A stretch of DNA of 35,217 nt. Source: Planctomycetota bacterium. GTDB taxonomy: Bacteria; Planctomycetota; UBA1135. The notes beneath the pieces were generated by a model. It did not search any database. It was not told the origin of the DNA and saw nothing but the letters and a program-made list of their open reading frames with translations. The DNA lies in the NCBI GenBank assembly GCA_045047305.1, contig JASFYO010000008.1, positions 1 through 35,217 on the forward strand. The letters are read 5' to 3'. Positions 29,284 to 35,217 of this stretch are shown here, piece by piece; positions within the stretch are counted from its first letter, which is position 1, and the number at the start of each line of letters is the position of its first letter. Made by a program: the position numbers and the translations under genes.

Positions 29284-29317
29284 AAAAAAACCAGCGACCG
29301 TAAACGATCACTGGTTT
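29284..29317 (-). terminator. Intrinsic terminator (minus strand)
   Basis: Minus strand reads AAACCAGTGATCG-TTTA-CGGTCGCTGG-T7. Confidence 0.75.
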
Positions 29318-29399
29318 CCTTTCCCCTTGCTACATTTATCGGGAGCCGCCATCCCCTGCGACTGTCCGAACTAGGTAAAACCCATTCGCAGCATATTTT

Positions 29400-29426
29400 C
29401 CATCGGCGCATGAAGGACTTTACTTA
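29400..29426 (-). promoter_or_regulatory. Sigma28 (FliA)-like promoter
   Basis: Minus strand TAAG-N15-GCCGATGG versus consensus TAAA-N15-GCCGATAA. Confidence 0.45.
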
Positions 29427-29490
29427 AGGAAAAACCAGATTATTTTCTTAGTTTCTTCACAAAGCCCATAAGCCATTTGCTGCACATGGC

Positions 29491-30429
29491 TTATGCCTTG
29501 GCCCAGGTTCCGGCCCGCCATCTCCCACGCTCCAGTTTCTGCTCCAACTGGAGTCCCTTCGCTGCGAAGGCCTCGCAAGTAGCCAACCAGTGGACATCGA
29601 GAATACCACCCGCAAAGAGTCTTCCTTGCGGAGCCACTAACTGGGCCAAATCCTGCGCACCATCTTGGAGCAAGTCGGCGACGAGGTTTGCCATCACCGC
29701 GGGCCAAGTACCGCGAGCAGTTTCATAGCCGCCGCGCCAAAACGCACATTGCCCCCCAACTCCATTCGCCGCGGCCGTTCTTGCTGCCTGAGGAGCACTC
29801 TGAGCATCAGGGTCCATCCCGACCACCTCGGCCACGCCGCGCAAAGCAGCCGCTACCGCCAAAATCCCAGAGCCCGTGCCCACGTCTAGCATCCGCGAGG
29901 GCGGGTTCCGCTGGCACCACTCCGAAAGCACCTTCAACGCCAGTCGGGTACTTGCATGCCCTCCTGTGCCGAATGCTGAGCCGGCAAAAATTGTAAGTGG
30001 GATATCGTCGGGGCGTAGAGTCAGTGATGCGCGAGGGTGAAAATCAGCATGAATCACGTAGCCGGCGCAGCGAAAGGGGCGCCAACTTGCTCGCCATAAA
30101 GTTTCTGGATCGACTTCATCGACTTGGTGCGCTTCCTGATCCACACGCCATTGCTCAGTCGAAAGCCCCCACGCCTGAAACCATGACTCCACGACGCACA
30201 TGAGCTTCGGGCAGAGCTCAGCAGAGACTAATAGGCGGACCTCGGACTCACGATGCGGATCTTCGGCGTCGGATTCGAGGGCTCCTGATGCATAGCTACA
30301 TTCCGCCACCGCAGCGCCGAAACCGCCATCGGCCAGCATGGCTACCAAGGTTTCATCCCACACGGAAGGCAGGTGAAAGCGCAGCAGAGTTTGGCCAGCG
30401 GTGGATTTGGAGCACGCAGATTTGGTCAC
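29491..30429 (-). CDS. prmA: 50S ribosomal protein L11 methyltransferase-like
   Basis: WRASWRPF, AFGTGGHAST, LDVGTGSGILA, ANL and GIL; divergent N-terminus. Confidence 0.8.
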   Translation of the reverse strand: MTKSACSKSTAGQTLLRFHLPSVWDETLVAMLADGGFGAAVAECSYASGALESDAEDPHRESEVRLLVSAELCPKLMCVVESWFQAWGLSTEQWRVDQEAHQVDEVDPETLWRASWRPFRCAGYVIHADFHPRASLTLRPDDIPLTIFAGSAFGTGGHASTRLALKVLSEWCQRNPPSRMLDVGTGSGILAVAAALRGVAEVVGMDPDAQSAPQAARTAAANGVGGQCAFWRGGYETARGTWPAVMANLVADLLQDGAQDLAQLVAPQGRLFAGGILDVHWLATCEAFAAKGLQLEQKLERGRWRAGTWAKA

Positions 30430-30450
30430 GTCGGTCTACCATAGCCGCCG

Positions 30451-31155
30451 ATGGCGACGCCCACCCGACCACGGAAGCAGAATCCCGATTTCCCAACTCG
30501 TGAGAGCTTGGCCGCCATGCGGGTGCGGGCTGAATTGGTTTTGCAGCACCTCCATGAGGGCTATCCAGATTCTAAAACTGCCTTGGATTGGGAGACGCCA
30601 TTTCAGCTTTTGATTGCCACTATGCTTTCTGCGCAATGTACGGATGTCTTGGTCAACAAAGTCACCCCAGCCCTGTTTGCGGCTTATCCCACCCCGGAGC
30701 GGATGGCTAAGGCCGAGCAGCTGCATCTACAGGATTTGGTCAAACGCACCAACTTCTTCCGCAACAAGTCTAAGAACATGTTAGCGACCGCAATTCGCAT
30801 CTGCGATGTCTTTGATGGAGAAGTACCGCAGGTCATGGAGGACCTAGTGAGCCTGCCAGGCGTCGCGCGCAAAACCGCGAACTGCGTGCTCGGCACAGCC
30901 TTTGGCATCAAGGTCGGCGTGGTGGTGGACACGCACGTGGGACGCATTGCCCGGCGCATGGGATTCACCAGAGCTATAGATCCTGTGGCCATCGAACGCG
31001 ACTTAGTGAAGATCTTCCCACAGGAAGATTGGGTTTATCTGAGCCATTCTTGGATTGACCACGGGCGGGCGGTCTGCAGCGCACGGACGGCCAAGTGCAG
31101 TGCCTGCTTTATGGCGGAAATCTGCCCGCGCCGAGTCGAAGGAAAGGTCCTGTAG
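30451..31155 (+). CDS. nth: Endonuclease III
   Basis: LLIATMLSAQCTD, HhH LPGVARKTAN, VDTHV and 4Fe-4S motif C-x6-C-x2-C-x5-C. Confidence 0.95.
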   Translation: MATPTRPRKQNPDFPTRESLAAMRVRAELVLQHLHEGYPDSKTALDWETPFQLLIATMLSAQCTDVLVNKVTPALFAAYPTPERMAKAEQLHLQDLVKRTNFFRNKSKNMLATAIRICDVFDGEVPQVMEDLVSLPGVARKTANCVLGTAFGIKVGVVVDTHVGRIARRMGFTRAIDPVAIERDLVKIFPQEDWVYLSHSWIDHGRAVCSARTAKCSACFMAEICPRRVEGKVL

Positions 31156-31221
31156 GCCCTCAAGGTAGTTAGAACCATATTTCCAGTTGACGTTAGCTGG
31201 CAACAGAAGCTAGGCTTTGCT

Positions 31222-31626
31222 ATGGCGCCGGAGCCCACCACCTACGACATCGCCGCACTCGCCCGCACCGCTGGCGTCAGTTCGCGGACGATTCGCTACT
31301 ACGGAGAACTTGATTTACTCAAGGCTTCGTCGCGTGGTCCGGGAGGACGCAGGCTTTATGCAGCCGATGCCGCAGAACGCTTGCGATTTATCTCGCGGCT
31401 TAAGACTCTGGGCATGAGCCTAGAAGAGATTGGCGAGTTGAATCGCAGCTTTGATCTCGGAGCCACGCCAGCCATGTTGAAGCATCTCGACTCCCTACTC
31501 GAGATGCGCCTGCAAGAAGTTACGGAACGCATCTGTGACTTACGCGCTTTAGAAAGCGACTTGCAGACCTACCGCGATCGCATCCGCGGAAAATCCAGCC
31601 CAGAATCGGGAGACCTAGCGTCATGA
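31222..31626 (+). CDS. MerR family transcriptional regulator
   Basis: [27 protein letters not shown] and [12 protein letters not shown] overlap with icmF; upstream TTGACG-N18-TAGGCT promoter. Confidence 0.92.
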   Translation: MAPEPTTYDIAALARTAGVSSRTIRYYGELDLLKASSRGPGGRRLYAADAAERLRFISRLKTLGMSLEEIGELNRSFDLGATPAMLKHLDSLLEMRLQEVTERICDLRALESDLQTYRDRIRGKSSPESGDLAS

Positions 31627-34600
31627 ATCCTTCGACCCAAAAAGAAACCACCACCGAAGTGCCATTCGTTCTTAAGAACAAGTTGCGCTTTGTCACCGCT
31701 GCATCTTTGTTTGATGGCCACGACGCCGCGATTAACATCATGCGCCGCATCTTGCAGCAGGAAGGCGGAGAAATCATTCACCTCGGGCATAACCGTAGCG
31801 TGGAAGAGATTGTTGAAGCTGCGATTGAGGAAGATGCCCAGGGCATCGCGATTTCCTCCTACCAAGGTGGACACGTGGAATTCTTCGAATACATGGTCGA
31901 CTTGCTGAAGCAGCGCGGTTGCGGTCACATCAAGATCTTTGGCGGTGGTGGCGGCACGATTACCGATGCCGAGATCAAGCATCTCCAGGCCTATGGTGTC
32001 GAGCGCATCTACTCGGTGGAAGATGGCCGCATGATGGGCTTGGTCGGCATGATCCGCGACATGATGCTGCGTGCCGATTATTCCACGGTGGATCCCAACT
32101 CCGATTTCCCCGAAGGCTTTAGCGGACGTCAGTCCCCCGCTCTGGCCAAAGCCATCACTTGGTTAGAGAAACTGCACGGCGAAGATGCGCCTGCCGATGC
32201 GGAATCGCGTTTACTAGCAACCCGTAAAAGCCTTGCTGCCCTGACCCCAACTCCCAAGGCCGTAGTCATTGGAATTACGGGCACCGGAGGCGCAGGTAAA
32301 TCTTCGCTCACCGATGAATTAGTCCGCCGCTACCTCGACCGTTTTCCAGATCGCTCGATTGGCATTTTATCGGTGGACCCAAGCCGTCGGCGCACCGGTG
32401 GCGCACTCCTTGGCGACCGCATCCGCATGAATGCCGCTAAAGGTCCGCGCGTATTTATGCGCTCGATGGCTACACGTCAGGCCAACGCAGCGACATCGGA
32501 ATCAGTGCGAGATGCCCTCGCCGCCATGGCTGCATCTGGCTACGACATGCTATTGCTTGAAACGGCCGGTATCGGACAAAGCGATTCCGCCGTCACCGAC
32601 CTATGCGACCTTTCGCTCTACGTCATGACGCCAGAGTTTGGCGCGCCCACGCAGCTTGAAAAAATCGACATGCTCGACTTTGCCGACGGTGTGGTGCTCA
32701 ATAAAGCCGACAAACGTGGCGCCGAAGATGCCCAACGCGAGGTCGCAAAAACCTATCAGCGCAACCGCAACTTATTCGATCAGCCGCTAGAGAACATGCC
32801 GGTATTTCTGACCTCGGCTAGCCGCTTCGGCGACGTAGGGGTCGACAATTTATTCCAATGGCTTATGACCCAAGTCGATGCGAGTTCAGAACGCAATTGG
32901 GATCCGGGTGAGCAGGTCTCTCGTGATCAGAAAATCGCAACGGTGGTGCCGACGGATCGCATTCGTTACTTATCCGAAATCGCGACTGCTGTGCGTAAGC
33001 ATAAACAGGATACGCGCAACCATGCGGATGTCGCAGGTCGCGCCGATGCGTTAGCGCGCAGCCTCCGGGAGTTTGGCGATACCGTGCCTCCACTGGATCA
33101 GGATTACTCCGCCGACGCTCTGCTTGACACTCAAGCGGACCCCGTGGTTTTAGTGTTGCGCCAGCGCTACCACGAAGTTGTGCGCGAAATGGATTCCACT
33201 TTACGCAACCGCCTTGCAAACTGGCATGAGACCCGCGCGCGTTACGCGGAAGACACGTACGTGTATCAAGTGCGTGGACGCGACATCAAGGTTGCCGCCC
33301 AGCATAAAACTTTATCGGGTACTCGCGTGCCCAAAGTTTCACTTCCAGTAACACGTAGTTGGGAAGACCTGGCCCGTTGGTTTGGTCTAGAAAACCTGCC
33401 GGGAGAATACCCGTACACCGCAGGCGTTTTCCCCTTCAAGCGCACCGGTGAAGATCCAACCCGTATGTTTGCTGGCGAAGGACCGGCCGAACGCACCAAC
33501 CGACGTTTTCATTACGTCAGTCAAGGACAACCTGCCGCACGCCTGTCCACGGCATTCGATTCAGTCACGCTATACGGTGAAGATCCCGCTGAGCGCCCAG
33601 ACATTTACGGCAAGGTTGGTAACTCCGGAGTCTCGATCTGTTCGCTCGATGACATCAAACGCCTCTACTCCGGCTTTGATTTATGCTCCCCCACGACCTC
33701 GGTGTCGATGACCATCAACGGACCTGCTCCGATGATCCTCGCCTTCTTCCTCAATGCGGCAATTGATCAACAAGTCGAGCGTCGGCTGAAAGAAACCGGA
33801 CGCTGGGAAGTTGCTGAAGAAAAAATCCGTACTCTTTGCGCAGGTGATCCTCCGATCTACCGCGGCGAACTTCCCGTCGGCAATGATGGTTTTGGGCTCG
33901 GTACCTTGGGTGTGAGCGGCGACCAGTTATTGCCCGCAGAGGAATATGCAGAGATCCGTCAAGCGGCACTCACTGCAGTACGCGGCACGGTACAGGCCGA
34001 TATTCTGAAAGAGGATCAAGCGCAGAACACTTGCATCTTCAGCACAGAGTTTGCGCTCAAGCTTATGGGCGACACCCAAGAGTTCTTTGTCGACAACGCT
34101 GTGCGTAACTTCTATTCGGTGTCGATTTCCGGTTATCACATTGCTGAAGCTGGAGCGAACCCGATCTCGCAACTCGCATTCACGCTTGCGAATGGATTTA
34201 CATTCGTGGAGTATTACCGCGCGCGCGGATTAGACGTCGACACCTTCGCACCAAACTTATCCTTCTTCTTCAGCAATGGACTGGATGCTGAGTATTCCGT
34301 CATCGGACGTGTCGCACGGCGTATTTGGGCGGTCGCAATGAAGGATTTGTATGGCGCGAGTGATCGCTCGCAAAAATTGAAATACCATATTCAAACGAGT
34401 GGGCGTTCCTTGCACGCGCAAGAGATCGACTTCAATGACATTCGCACCACTTTGCAGGCGCTTTATGCCATCTACGACAACTGTCAAAGCTTGCACACCA
34501 ACGCCTACGACGAAGCGATTACCACCCCCACCGAAGAGTCGGTGCGCAGGGCCTTAGCGATTCAACTCATCATCAACCGTGAGCTTGGTGAGGCAAAGAA

Positions 34601-35084
34601 TGAAAACCCACTGCAAGGTTGCTTCATCATCGAAGAGCTCACAGAATTAGTCGAGGAGGCGGTACTCACAGAGTTCGAGCGCCTAACCGACCGTGGCGGT
34701 GTGCTTGGTGCCATGGAAACGATGTACCAACGAGGCAAGATTCAGGAAGAGAGCATGCACTATGAAATGCTGAAACATAGTGGTGAGCTTCCGATTGTTG
34801 GAGTGAATACATTCCTCAATCCAGCTGCGGGAGATGGCTCCGTGGTTGAGGTGGAACTAATTCGCTCCACCGCAGAAGAAAAGGATGCGCAAGTACAGCA
34901 AGTAGCTAACTTACGCAACCTCCACCGCGCTCATGCTGAGCAAGCTCTGGCCCGACTCAGCGAAGCAGCGGAAAGTCATCAAAACGTGTTCGCGGAAATG
35001 ATGGAAGCAGTCAAGGTTTGCACCCTGGGTCAAATCAGCCACACCCTATATCAGGTGGGCGGACAATACCGACGCAACATGTAA
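31623..35084 (+). CDS. icmF: Fused isobutyryl-CoA mutase / MeaB-like GTPase
   Basis: B12-binding domain ([16 protein letters not shown]), GTPase ([22 protein letters not shown]) and mutase ([27 protein letters not shown]). Confidence 0.95.
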   Translation: MNPSTQKETTTEVPFVLKNKLRFVTAASLFDGHDAAINIMRRILQQEGGEIIHLGHNRSVEEIVEAAIEEDAQGIAISSYQGGHVEFFEYMVDLLKQRGCGHIKIFGGGGGTITDAEIKHLQAYGVERIYSVEDGRMMGLVGMIRDMMLRADYSTVDPNSDFPEGFSGRQSPALAKAITWLEKLHGEDAPADAESRLLATRKSLAALTPTPKAVVIGITGTGGAGKSSLTDELVRRYLDRFPDRSIGILSVDPSRRRTGGALLGDRIRMNAAKGPRVFMRSMATRQANAATSESVRDALAAMAASGYDMLLLETAGIGQSDSAVTDLCDLSLYVMTPEFGAPTQLEKIDMLDFADGVVLNKADKRGAEDAQREVAKTYQRNRNLFDQPLENMPVFLTSASRFGDVGVDNLFQWLMTQVDASSERNWDPGEQVSRDQKIATVVPTDRIRYLSEIATAVRKHKQDTRNHADVAGRADALARSLREFGDTVPPLDQDYSADALLDTQADPVVLVLRQRYHEVVREMDSTLRNRLANWHETRARYAEDTYVYQVRGRDIKVAAQHKTLSGTRVPKVSLPVTRSWEDLARWFGLENLPGEYPYTAGVFPFKRTGEDPTRMFAGEGPAERTNRRFHYVSQGQPAARLSTAFDSVTLYGEDPAERPDIYGKVGNSGVSICSLDDIKRLYSGFDLCSPTTSVSMTINGPAPMILAFFLNAAIDQQVERRLKETGRWEVAEEKIRTLCAGDPPIYRGELPVGNDGFGLGTLGVSGDQLLPAEEYAEIRQAALTAVRGTVQADILKEDQAQNTCIFSTEFALKLMGDTQEFFVDNAVRNFYSVSISGYHIAEAGANPISQLAFTLANGFTFVEYYRARGLDVDTFAPNLSFFFSNGLDAEYSVIGRVARRIWAVAMKDLYGASDRSQKLKYHIQTSGRSLHAQEIDFNDIRTTLQALYAIYDNCQSLHTNAYDEAITTPTEESVRRALAIQLIINRELGEAKNENPLQGCFIIEELTELVEEAVLTEFERLTDRGGVLGAMETMYQRGKIQEESMHYEMLKHSGELPIVGVNTFLNPAAGDGSVVEVELIRSTAEEKDAQVQQVANLRNLHRAHAEQALARLSEAAESHQNVFAEMMEAVKVCTLGQISHTLYQVGGQYRRNM

Positions 35085-35217
35085 AGCGCTGCAAAGGCTA
35101 CTGCAGGCCAAAAAAGAACGGAACTATGTAGTTGTTGAAACTTAGTTAGTGCGAAGCGCAGCAGCCCTAGGGCTTGGTCCACACGACATCATGCCCACCC
35201 AGGCCGGAGTCCTGAAT

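Noticed and set aside
35167..35217. Possible 3' end of a minus-strand gene (..GHDVVWTKP-stop)
   Set aside because: Too short to support a call within this window.

Overview
Gene-dense, moderately GC-rich bacterial chromosomal window, probably Planctomycetota (inferred from a planctomycete-type cytochrome c/DUF2231 fusion, a giant membrane-anchored ECF sigma factor and CRTAC1/ASPIC-like proteins). It holds about 29 mostly metabolic and envelope genes: asd, metH behind a SAM-I riboswitch, speA, pepE, msrB, a prmA-like gene, nth, MerR-icmF, two tandem PQQ/GSDH-type dehydrogenases, peptidases and two unusual ECF sigma factors. I saw no mobile element, CRISPR array, tRNA or rRNA. The main discovery is a gene missing from the ORF track at 20652..20999 (+). 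It encodes a lipoprotein with a heavy-metal-associated (HMA) domain in which both metal-binding Cys codons are in-frame TGA (GMT-U-GIA-U), making it a candidate double-selenocysteine metal chaperone with its own -10 box, downstream hairpins and terminator. Other notable signals: a ~100-aa C-terminal domain shared by otherwise unrelated secreted proteins (possible sorting or anchoring domain), pervasive leaderless promoter architecture, and two candidate structured sRNAs, one behind a sigma28-like promoter.
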